The notes under the pieces are model-generated. The model was not told the DNA's origin. It saw nothing but the letters and a program-made list of their open reading frames with translations, and did not search any database. Positions 39,512 to 48,516 of a stretch of 64,000 nt of DNA are shown in pieces. The DNA is from Tortispora ganteri (lineage: Eukaryota). A program made the translations under genes and the position numbers. Numbering within the stretch: the first letter of the stretch is position 1; the number at the start of each line of letters is the position of its first letter. The DNA is taken from contig PPNB01000004.1 of the NCBI GenBank assembly GCA_003707115.1, positions 186,001 to 250,000 on the forward strand. The letters run 5' to 3'.

Positions 39512-41014
39512 TTAGTTCTTGACGTAGAGGGAGACGTAGTCGTCAACGTCCAAAGATCCAACATCCTTGCCCGATTTCTCGAGGATGGAGCTGACTTGGG
39601 ACTCGCCAAAGCGTCCACGGAGATGGCGCTCAAACTTGGACAAAAGAACAGGAGTACCTTCTTCACGGCGGCGACGGTGTCCAATGGGGTAATTGACCTC
39701 AACCTCGTCAAGGGAAGATCCGTCCTTGAATTCAATCTTGATGGCGTTACCAATGAAACGTTTGTCAGGAGCATGGTACTCCTCGGTGAAGCGAGGGTCT
39801 TCAACACAAGTCATCTTGGCACGAAGATCATCAATGCGAGGATCAGAAGCAACAGCATCAGTGTAGTCGTCAGCAGTCAAGCGGCCGTAGATAAGAGGAA
39901 CAGCAACCATGTATTGGATACAGTGGTCACGGTCAGCGTAATTGTACAAGGGTCCCTTCTTGTCAATGATACGGATAGCAGCTTCTTGAGTGCGGATGGT
40001 GATCTTGGAAATATCATCAGTAGACTTACCGGCTTTCTTGAGCTCCTCATGGAGGGTCATGGCTGCCTCAGCAGCAGTCTGAGCATGGAACTCAGCAGGG
40101 AAAGAGATCTTGAACAGAACGTTCTCCATTACGTAAGAGCCGTAAGGACGTTGGAACTTGAATTCTTTGCCCTTGAACAAGACATCGTAGAAACCCCAGG
40201 TAGGAGCAGTAAGGACAGAAGGCATGCCTCCCTCGCCGCGCTGGACAAGGAGAGCAAGGTTGACAGCACGCATGCAAGCATCACCAGCAGCCCAAGACTT
40301 GCGGGACATGGTGTTAGGAGCATGACGGTAAGTGCGGAGAGATTGACCATCAGCCCACGCTTGAGAAACGGCGTCGACGGTCTGCTCACGAGTGAGGCCT
40401 AGCATCTTGGAGACTACGGCGGTAGTAGCGACTTTAACAAGGACAACATGGTCAAGACCAACTTTGTTGAAAGAGTTTTCAAGAGCAAGTACACCCTGGA
40501 TTTCGTGGGCTTTGATCATTCCTTCCAGAACATCTTTAATTTTGAACACCTTGGCGCCAGGGACGTTTGCACCAGCCTTAGCGGCCTGAGTAAGATAATC
40601 AGCGACAGCAAGAATACCACCAAGGTTATCGGAAGGATGTCCCCATTCAGCGGCGAGCCAACAGTCGTTGTAATCGAGCCAGCGGATTTGAGTGCCGATG
40701 TTGAAAGCACCGCGAACGGGATCCAAAACATGCGGGGTACCAGGAACACGAGTACCGTTAGGAACAACAGTACCAGGGACAACAGGACCAAGCAAATTAG
40801 AACATTGCTCATATTTTAATGCTTCCAATCCGCAGCCCAAAGTGTCAAGAAGACAGAGGCGGGCAGTCTCGTAAGCGACATCGGAGTCAATTTTGTAGTC
40901 GTGGACATAGTCAGCGATATCCTGGACGACTTTGTCGGCAGCAGGACGAACGTTGTTGTTCATAATTGCAGATCGCACAGCTGAGATAGCGTGAAAACTT
41001 CTTCTACCAAGCAT
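39512..41014 (-). CDS. PDH1: 2-methylcitrate dehydratase (PrpD), mitochondrial
   Basis: Presequence MLGRRSFHAISAVRS; IRWLDYNDCWLAAEWGHPSDN, RKSWAAGDA, FKISFPAEFHAQT, ADRDHCIQY. Confidence 0.97.
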   Translation of the reverse strand: MLGRRSFHAISAVRSAIMNNNVRPAADKVVQDIADYVHDYKIDSDVAYETARLCLLDTLGCGLEALKYEQCSNLLGPVVPGTVVPNGTRVPGTPHVLDPVRGAFNIGTQIRWLDYNDCWLAAEWGHPSDNLGGILAVADYLTQAAKAGANVPGAKVFKIKDVLEGMIKAHEIQGVLALENSFNKVGLDHVVLVKVATTAVVSKMLGLTREQTVDAVSQAWADGQSLRTYRHAPNTMSRKSWAAGDACMRAVNLALLVQRGEGGMPSVLTAPTWGFYDVLFKGKEFKFQRPYGSYVMENVLFKISFPAEFHAQTAAEAAMTLHEELKKAGKSTDDISKITIRTQEAAIRIIDKKGPLYNYADRDHCIQYMVAVPLIYGRLTADDYTDAVASDPRIDDLRAKMTCVEDPRFTEEYHAPDKRFIGNAIKIEFKDGSSLDEVEVNYPIGHRRRREEGTPVLLSKFERHLRGRFGESQVSSILEKSGKDVGSLDVDDYVSLYVKN

Positions 41015-41055
41015 TTGAATATATCCGAAAGGTTCTTGTTCCTTAATGTAAAGCT

Positions 41056-41431
41056 CCTCGGAGTGTAGTACTTTCGGAGCGAGGTTGGTTTTTTTTATAT
41101 ACAAGGGGGCCGAAGAAACTCAACTAGATAGCCGTCGGTTACTTAAACCTTAATACCGATCGGCGTAAAAGAGAGTGTTGAGCTAACTTGACAGTAACGA
41201 CTAATATTTTGTTATAAAAATTCTATACATTCTATCATTACTTAAGCATAGATATCAGACATAGAATTCTCTTATTCGACAGAGCTATTATCGATCCAAA
41301 AGGTAAGCGTACCTTGATCCTTGCATCTTCGTCCATAGGATCAAGTCAGTTACCCGGGTAACTTTATTACCGGCTAGCGTTCGGCCCTTGCCCGAGGAGG
41401 CATATAGTGTAACGGTAAATGAATATTACCG
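41056..41431. promoter_or_regulatory. PDH1 promoter: two CCTCGG elements, an ORE-like CGG..CCG site, a 16-bp palindrome and repeated CGGTAA
   Basis: CCTCGG 41056; CCGAGG 41392; CGG-N17-CCG 41136-41158; AGTTACCCGGGTAACT 41348-41363; CGGTAA-N7-TTACCG 41413-41431. Confidence 0.55.
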
Positions 41432-41547
41432 GACTATTGCTCGGTCTTGTACGCGTTTTAACGTGAAAAGAAAATGACCTCACCGTGCCATTTCGGGATG
41501 TCCATGCAATAGATAAAATTCATAAAAAATCGTAGTTGTGTCTTGGA

Positions 41548-43035
41548 TTAAGTGTTCACACCAATCTGTGGAGGAATCAATGGACCGTTCAATCTGATGT
41601 AGTTTTCGCAGAAAGGTACTTCCTCAGCGACATGGCCAATGGCAATTATAGTGCCAGGATAGTTTTCTATTAGCGCCAAGGACTGTTCAATAGCATCAAT
41701 ATCCATGCCAGACAATGCTTCGTCTAAAAGAAGGATCTGTGGTCGCCGGATCATGGCTCGCAAAAGTAAAACGATTTTTTGTTGTCCCACATCCAAATCG
41801 CGTAATCTAGTATCAGGATCAATACCAAACTGCTTCAATTTTCCTTCTATTTCATTTTTTTGTTCTTCAGAGAGAGTCGGCGAAATGAATGTACCGTTCT
41901 CATTGTACCCTGTTGCAACAGCAGTGCGTGCTTTAAGTCTTAAAGGAAAGATAGCATGAAGTTCAGGTGATGATATTCCGAACATGCTATTAATTGAGTC
42001 ATATGAATCTTTTCCCACTTCGCGTAACCGTCCGCGCACTTTTATGTCAGAAGACCATGAACGAGGATGATCTGCAGTGAGTAAGGCGATCAATGTTGAT
42101 TTACCTGATCCATTATTACCTTGCAGATGCCATCTATCACCCTCATGTATTGACCAATTCACTTTATGCAAAATATTTTTGTCACCATAAGAAATTGATA
42201 AATCAGTTATTTGTATCAAAGGTGTATCTGTTTTAGACGTTCTTGATGCTTGTGACTTCTTCCTATGATGCTCCATAATTCTCAAATCTTCACGACGTTG
42301 TCGTAAAATCGGCTCAATTTCTTTCACAGGTCCTTGCGCGACAATTCCTTCTTTCTCTACCACAGCAACATGTGTTATCCAATCAGGCAAAGGGTCTTGA
42401 ATCCTCTCGCCAATTATCACATAGGGGGATGGCGGAAGAGACCTCAGCACGTCCGAAATAACATTGCGTGCATCCGGATCAAGTGCAATAAAAGGTTCGT
42501 CTATCAGTAATAGTTTCGGTTCAAGTAGCAAAGTACGGGCAATTCGGGCACGACGTTTCTGGCCGTTAGAAAGACTAGCAATCCATTTATCCAATAGATC
42601 TTCTAAATAAAGCTTTTTGACAATTGTATCAAACAGTTTTCTGCCCTCTAACGTCGCATCCAGCTTTGTAGTGGCGCCGGCACCGGCTCCTTTTGTAGTT
42701 ATATAGTCATACACGCTTTGGTCATTTGGTTCCCTGTATGACTCATACCGTGCACCTAGATGTGTTGAATTCACATTTTTTTTCGATGCACGGAATTGGA
42801 TATGGCGAATGCTTGTAGAGGGCCATTGGTCTTTGAGAAAAGGATAAGAACGTGAATTCGGAGGGTCAGCTGGAAGTTGCGCGGCTATAACCTGTAGGAA
42901 TTGCGATTTATATGTACCTGTTATAGCCCATATCTCGTTGGTCTTTATGTCCAGTGATATTGGTTTCGTGAATAATTTCTTACCTGAAGATGGTAAAAGA
43001 AACTGTGCATTCTTTAGAGAGAAAACTTTATTCAT
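41548..43035 (-). CDS. Soluble two-NBD ABC ATPase, ModF/YDR061W-like
   Basis: NBD1: LSNGQ, LLLIDEP; NBD2: GNNGSGKST, LLLDEA, IGH; no TM segments. Confidence 0.88.
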   Translation of the reverse strand: MNKVFSLKNAQFLLPSSGKKLFTKPISLDIKTNEIWAITGTYKSQFLQVIAAQLPADPPNSRSYPFLKDQWPSTSIRHIQFRASKKNVNSTHLGARYESYREPNDQSVYDYITTKGAGAGATTKLDATLEGRKLFDTIVKKLYLEDLLDKWIASLSNGQKRRARIARTLLLEPKLLLIDEPFIALDPDARNVISDVLRSLPPSPYVIIGERIQDPLPDWITHVAVVEKEGIVAQGPVKEIEPILRQRREDLRIMEHHRKKSQASRTSKTDTPLIQITDLSISYGDKNILHKVNWSIHEGDRWHLQGNNGSGKSTLIALLTADHPRSWSSDIKVRGRLREVGKDSYDSINSMFGISSPELHAIFPLRLKARTAVATGYNENGTFISPTLSEEQKNEIEGKLKQFGIDPDTRLRDLDVGQQKIVLLLRAMIRRPQILLLDEALSGMDIDAIEQSLALIENYPGTIIAIGHVAEEVPFCENYIRLNGPLIPPQIGVNT

Positions 43036-43111
43036 TCAGAGGTATACACGAAGACAAAATATTTGAATCGAGCAATCCCTTAATAATTATGACAATTCTC
43101 GTCTAAAATAG

Positions 43112-43117
43112 CCTCGG
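43112..43117 (+). promoter_or_regulatory. CCTCGG element upstream of the ABC ATPase
   Basis: CCTCGG about 77 bp upstream of ATG 43035. Confidence 0.45.
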
Positions 43118-43603
43118 TAGTATTGGGGGGAGTATAGAAAAAGGTAATTCTTATTTAAAACTATATATTAGGAAAATCCCTTATATTAAGTATTAAAGAA
43201 AGGGAGTTTGACTTACATTCTAATTTGCATTAAGCCTTCACCCCACAAACGCACGAGAATACCTTACATTCTCTACACCGAATGGAGAATCGAATAAAAA
43301 TGAATAATATAGGCTGCAAAGACAGTAGATATAACGGTAATTTAATAATGCATCCTGCGTATATCGGCGATAACATACCTCTAGGCAGTGAATCAAAAAT
43401 CGACATCCGTACTACACACCCCGCATCGTTTCGATCGAAACAATTCGCCTTAAAATTATAAGCATAAAAGTACTTATATTTTCACCTTTTTTTTAAGCTG
43501 AAGGAGAACAAGTATTGAATTTAAAAAAAGCATTCAATTCAAAGAAATTTATTATTGAAAGTGCGCGCAGGTGAGCAAGCAAACGTATATGATGTATATC
43601 GCT

Positions 43604-44599
43604 CTATAGTTTAGATTTTACTAATCCATTAACGGATGTAAGAGCCTCAATTGCTTCCGAACCAATACGGTCAAGTAGTACTTGACAGGTCGGGATATCA
43701 TGGATTAATCCTACAGTCAAACCTGCAGTCCAAATACCTGCATCTGGATCGCCATTCTCGTAAACCAGGCGGCCTCTTGCGCCAGCAACCAACTGTGCAA
43801 TATCCTCGAATTTGATGTTTTCCTTCTTTTCCTTCTCGATCTTGTTGACTTCCTTTGCAACTGAATTCTTATACACTCTAGAGGTGTTTCGAAGGGGTCG
43901 GAAAATGTGAGTAGTAGAATACTCGTCCGAAGCGACAATAGTTTCCTTAATCTTGTGGTGAATAGGTGATTCAGTTGTGCACATGATTCTAGTGCCCATA
44001 TTGACAGCCGTAGCTCCTAGAGTCAGTGCTGCAGCAAGACCGTAGCCATCAGCAAATCCACCCGAAGCAATAAATGGAATTTTAAGTCGTTGGCGGCAGA
44101 GAGAAAGCAGAATAAGACCTGGGAAATCGTCCTCGCCAGGATGACCTGCACATTCGAAACCGTCGATTGAAATACAATCAACACCTTTACGTTGAGCAAT
44201 CAAAGCATGTTTCAAATTGACGCATTTATGGATCACAATACCGCCTTTCTTTTTTATTATCGGTAGAATAGGCGCCATATTTCCGGCTGTCTCAAAAATT
44301 CTAATACCTTCGTCGAGTGCAGCCTCAGCATAGCTTTCATAGTTTGGAGGTCTCATTGATGGAAGCAAAGTGATGTTGACCGCGATTGGCTTGTCGGTCA
44401 ATTTCTTAGCCTTTCTAATCTCCTCTCTCAAAGCTTCAGGCGTAGGCTGAGTTAAGGCAGTCAAAGTACCTAACCCACCTGCATTCGATACTGCTGCTGC
44501 TAGTTCAGCCCTGCCAACCCATTGCATGCCTCCTTGCATCACAGGATATTTAATTCCTAAGGTCTTGGTAAACCAAGTTTCAATAACTGCTGGGCTCAT
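43604..44599 (-). CDS. Nitronate monooxygenase / 2-nitropropane dioxygenase (FabK-like FMN) family protein with PTS1
   Basis: QGGMQWVG, AVSNAGGLG, DGFECAGHPG, IASGGFADG, GTR; C-terminus VKSKL. Confidence 0.92.
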   Translation of the reverse strand: MSPAVIETWFTKTLGIKYPVMQGGMQWVGRAELAAAVSNAGGLGTLTALTQPTPEALREEIRKAKKLTDKPIAVNITLLPSMRPPNYESYAEAALDEGIRIFETAGNMAPILPIIKKKGGIVIHKCVNLKHALIAQRKGVDCISIDGFECAGHPGEDDFPGLILLSLCRQRLKIPFIASGGFADGYGLAAALTLGATAVNMGTRIMCTTESPIHHKIKETIVASDEYSTTHIFRPLRNTSRVYKNSVAKEVNKIEKEKKENIKFEDIAQLVAGARGRLVYENGDPDAGIWTAGLTVGLIHDIPTCQVLLDRIGSEAIEALTSVNGLVKSKL

Positions 44600-44647
44600 A
44601 TTATATTAAGTAGATTGTATCTTCAATTACTTTACCTATAACAGGCA

Positions 44648-44708
44648 TATATATAGGTAATGGACAAAAAGTAGTGATCGAAAAATGCGGGGTCACCATC
44701 CTCCTCGG
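44648..44708. promoter_or_regulatory. NMO-family promoter: TATA, Mig1/CreA-like site and CCTCGG
   Basis: TATATATA 44648; AAAAATGCGGGG 44681-44692; CCTCGG 44703-44708. Confidence 0.55.
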
Positions 44709-44942
44709 TAAAGCACATATTGGGACGTGCCATTTAATCATAAGACAAACAAAAAATTGGTACACTCTACATTAAGAACATGCAACTTTAATACATACAA
44801 GGTTTGACAGATTTATGTCAGGTACCGTGATAATTATATTAATAGGTATTCATTATGATCGTTATACTAGCTGCAAAGGTAACTATCTGGTAGTAGAGCT
44901 CATAATACACTATAGAGAGTCGTTTCAGAGTAGTAAATCTTT

Positions 44943-46706
44943 TCATGGTAGAATATGCTCCTGATCAGTTTCAAATGTTCTCAAATATATATCTCTTGCT
45001 GTCGCTTCAAGCTTCTCTGCGCGTTTTGCCTCATTTTCGTAACAGTTTGTTCGCAATTCAATCGCATTCTTTTCAGCTTCTAAAAGATATTTATGTTCCC
45101 ACAATGATTTCAGCGCATCAGCCGATTCTTTAACGACGTCGGCAATGTCGGTGCGAATTTGCAGCGTTTTCTCTCGATAATCCTTGCTTTTAGAACTCAG
45201 ATCGTCAATGCGTTTCGTTGCACTTGAAGCCAATATACTCAACTTACTCTCTAATAACTCTGCAATCAATTGAGGATTATTGTCATCGAATGATTTGTCA
45301 TCAGGTAGCTGTAACGAAGCGGTATTAGAGTTCATCTCTTCTTCAATAGCTTCTATTATCTTTTTCTTCCTATCCGGGTCAACAGGACTCAATATAAACC
45401 CAACACTAAGCTCATTGGTTTCACTTATAGGATACTCAGTATTGTCTGAAACGATCAAATCCAACATTGTCTTGTTAATACTTTTTGTAACAGAATCTTC
45501 GATGTTCTTAGATTCATTCGCGAATGAGTTTTTCAGTGCAGTAATATCACTGATTCTCGGCAGGTTTTTCTTTAAGACTTCGGACATAGATTCCAGCTTA
45601 AACTGACGAGCTTTTTTAGCTGCTGCTTGAGCAATAAGACCTTTATCCTCAGATAGAGTAGTTTCTGCGCCCACTTCCAGATTTTCATTTCCTTCCTCGT
45701 TTATATCGACGTACTCAATATCGTTCTGCGTCTCAGGTAATGTTTCAAAACGCAAATCATTAGATCTTGCAGATATTATACCAGTTTCTTGATTATTGTT
45801 ATCTGGTATCTGCATCTTCCGCCGTTTAGCTATTCGATCCTGTTCATAGCGTTCCAATTCACGCTCCGCTTTAGCCTTCATAGCAGCTGTATCAATAGCC
45901 TTGGGCAAATTATCTTTGTGATGTCTTTTTCGCCTCAGGTCATTTTTAATTTGAGCGTCATTATCTTTTGCTCCGTCAGCAGAAACTTTTCCACTAATTA
46001 CCTCATTACGATATTTGTCTCTTTCTGACACATTAGCTTTCTCCTCCTGTGTGGTATCGTAAAATCCAGGAGCGGGTTTCATTTCAAAAGGAATTTCTTC
46101 ATTATAATCAATGTGCGTTTTGCTCTTCTTGGCTTTAGTTTTGATATTGATTCCAGCAGCCTTTAATTCTCGTTGTTTCTGAAGATTTGCTATTCGTGTG
46201 CTTTCTTTAGTTATCCGTTCTCTTTCTTTCCGTTTAGCTTTTTTGCCTTGCGTATTGAGTAACCTCGCACGAGCTTCTGCAAGCATTTCCAGCTCGTCAT
46301 CATCCATATCAACGGCGTCAGGGATTGCAGGTCTCATCTCAGCGATCGCATCGATCTCACCAGGAACAATAGAGGAACTGGATGAACCAGATTCGTCATT
46401 GCCGCCCAAGAGAGCTTGATATCGTTCAAGACATTGATTAGCTGTTCTATCTAGTAAAGGTCCTATAGTGCGCCACTGCGTAGGCATCAATTTAGCAAGT
46501 CTTAAAAGCTTGCGGTCTTCCTCTGGCGACCATGCTCTTTTCGTAATGTTTGGATCAAGCCACTCATCCCAGCGAGCCTTGACCTGTCTGGGCGTTTTAT
46601 GAGTCAATAATGAAGATACTCGAGCCCATTGGTTCAACCCATATTTAGCAATAGCAGCTTTCACGATTTCATCTTCGACATTAGTCCATGTGTCTTTCTT
46701 GCTCAT
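44943..46706 (-). CDS. CEF1: Pre-mRNA splicing factor Cef1/CDC5L
   Basis: Two Myb repeats (WTNVEDEIVKAAIAKYGLNQWARVSSLL..), RPAIPDAVDMDDDELEMLAEARARL, DYNEEIPFE. Confidence 0.97.
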   Translation of the reverse strand: MSKKDTWTNVEDEIVKAAIAKYGLNQWARVSSLLTHKTPRQVKARWDEWLDPNITKRAWSPEEDRKLLRLAKLMPTQWRTIGPLLDRTANQCLERYQALLGGNDESGSSSSSIVPGEIDAIAEMRPAIPDAVDMDDDELEMLAEARARLLNTQGKKAKRKERERITKESTRIANLQKQRELKAAGINIKTKAKKSKTHIDYNEEIPFEMKPAPGFYDTTQEEKANVSERDKYRNEVISGKVSADGAKDNDAQIKNDLRRKRHHKDNLPKAIDTAAMKAKAERELERYEQDRIAKRRKMQIPDNNNQETGIISARSNDLRFETLPETQNDIEYVDINEEGNENLEVGAETTLSEDKGLIAQAAAKKARQFKLESMSEVLKKNLPRISDITALKNSFANESKNIEDSVTKSINKTMLDLIVSDNTEYPISETNELSVGFILSPVDPDRKKKIIEAIEEEMNSNTASLQLPDDKSFDDNNPQLIAELLESKLSILASSATKRIDDLSSKSKDYREKTLQIRTDIADVVKESADALKSLWEHKYLLEAEKNAIELRTNCYENEAKRAEKLEATARDIYLRTFETDQEHILP

Positions 46707-46879
46707 TGTTTAAATGTGTGGTGGTTATCGAAAACCAGGAAGAAGACGTTATTGCTTGAAAAGGCAACTCCCAATTAGGCTCTTCCATCTGTGAATCTTT
46801 TTTTTTTTTTTCACCGACTCTCCTTTTTCATATACTAATTTTTTGTTTCTTCTTCTCTGAATCGAGGCCACTGAATAAA

Positions 46880-48403
46880 ATGGAAAATATACAGCAATTT
46901 ATGCCTAACACTACAGTTGCTACAATTTTATGCTGCAACTGCGGGGTTCCTATGGACGGTAGCAGTGGCATTGCAATGTGTAACGACTGTATCATGCTTA
47001 CTTCTGATATCACTTCTTCGATCCAGCGCGAATCAAATTTACAATTTTGCAGAAACTGTGAGAGATATTTACAGCCTCCTTCACATTGGGTTACTGCAAA
47101 ATTGGAATCGAGAGAACTTTTGGCTCTTTGTTTGCGTAAACTGCGTGGTATGGGCAAAGTCCGACTAGTTGACGCCAATTTCTTATGGACGGAACCACAT
47201 TCGCGCCGTATCCGGGTTAAGGTAACCGTACAAGGAGAAACCTCACAAGGTGCTATTCTTCAACAGTCGTTTGAAGTTGAGTATGTTGTATTACCTACCC
47301 AGTGCCCTGACTGTGCAAGATCATTCACTGTCAATACCTGGAGAGCCAGTATCCAAATTCGCCAGAAAGTCCCTCATAAGAGAACTTTCTTGTATTTAGA
47401 ACAACTTATTCTCAAGCATAATGCACATCAGGATACAATATCAATCAAAGAATCAAAGGATGGTCTTGACTTTTATTACTCTTCACAGCAACATGCTCTA
47501 AAAATGATAGACTTTCTTGCTCAGGTCGCCCCTATTCGTTCTAAGCGTGCCGAAGAGCTAATCTCTGAAGACACGCACACTGGAAACAAGAACTACAAAT
47601 TCTCTTTCTCTGTAGAAATTGTTCCTATATGCAAAGATGATTTAGTAGTTTTGCCTTTAAAAACTGCTAGACAGCTTGGAAACATATCACAATTAACAAT
47701 CTGCTCTAAGATCAGTAATACGGTTCGTGTGATAGACCCGGTATCATTGCAGATTGCAGATGTATCTACTAACGTTTACTGGAGAACGCCTTTTGTGAGC
47801 CTTTGTGATGCTACAAGTTTAGTTGAGTTCATGGTGCTCGATATTGAGTTAACTGGCCCAACAAATGGAAAATACGCGCTCGCTGAAGCAACAGTTGCTA
47901 GAACCGTGGATTTAGGTCGCAATGATGATACATATTTTGTCAGAACGCATCTTGGTAATCTTTTACATTCAGGGGATTTAGCTCTGGGTTATTTTCTCAC
48001 AAATACAAATTTCAATCATGATTTGTTTGACTCATTGGATCAATCACGTGTTCCAGACGTCGTCTTAGTGAAGAAGCATTACCCCCGTCGCCGTCACAAC
48101 AGAAACCGTAATTGGAAATTGCAGCGTATGGCGAAGGAACATAATGATGCCGATAATTCTGCGAAGAGTAAGAAGGATCATGATCAGGTTGAGCAAGATT
48201 ACGAAATGTTCTTACAAGAACTAGAGGAGGATGCTGAACTCAGAAACACTGTGAACCTTTACAAACGTAAAGATGAGGCTATGCCGAGTGCTGCTAGTGC
48301 TCACCCTGAGGAAGATGACGATATGGAAGATAGCGCATCGTTGCCTGAGATTGATGTGAATGAGCTGTTGGATGAACTTGATGATATGCATATTGCAGAA
48401 TAA
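46880..48403 (+). CDS. NMD3: 60S export adaptor Nmd3
   Basis: ATILCCNCGVP, FCRNCERYLQPP, FLWTEPHSRRI, QIRQKVPHKRT, FLQELEED. Confidence 0.98.
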   Translation: MENIQQFMPNTTVATILCCNCGVPMDGSSGIAMCNDCIMLTSDITSSIQRESNLQFCRNCERYLQPPSHWVTAKLESRELLALCLRKLRGMGKVRLVDANFLWTEPHSRRIRVKVTVQGETSQGAILQQSFEVEYVVLPTQCPDCARSFTVNTWRASIQIRQKVPHKRTFLYLEQLILKHNAHQDTISIKESKDGLDFYYSSQQHALKMIDFLAQVAPIRSKRAEELISEDTHTGNKNYKFSFSVEIVPICKDDLVVLPLKTARQLGNISQLTICSKISNTVRVIDPVSLQIADVSTNVYWRTPFVSLCDATSLVEFMVLDIELTGPTNGKYALAEATVARTVDLGRNDDTYFVRTHLGNLLHSGDLALGYFLTNTNFNHDLFDSLDQSRVPDVVLVKKHYPRRRHNRNRNWKLQRMAKEHNDADNSAKSKKDHDQVEQDYEMFLQELEEDAELRNTVNLYKRKDEAMPSAASAHPEEDDDMEDSASLPEIDVNELLDELDDMHIAE

Positions 48404-48516
48404 AGGCTATGCGCATTCTAATTTACACAACTACATAAGGCCATGACATTTTTTTTCCTCTTCTTTTTGGGGGATACGGAGGGTTTTTTATCGATCATTT
48501 TTTTTCTTAGCATAAT

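Noticed and set aside
39596..40402. 268-aa antisense ORF over PDH1 (and the antisense ORFs over RPL24 at 3543-4013 and COX10 at 28596-29336)
   Set aside because: Fully inside conserved genes, no recognisable motifs; explained by sense-strand codon usage.
38707..44599. Horizontally acquired bacterial operon (four co-oriented genes with bacterial homologs)
   Set aside because: Spacers of 130-570 bp with separate eukaryotic promoter motifs, organellar targeting signals and host-like codons; all four families occur widely in fungi.
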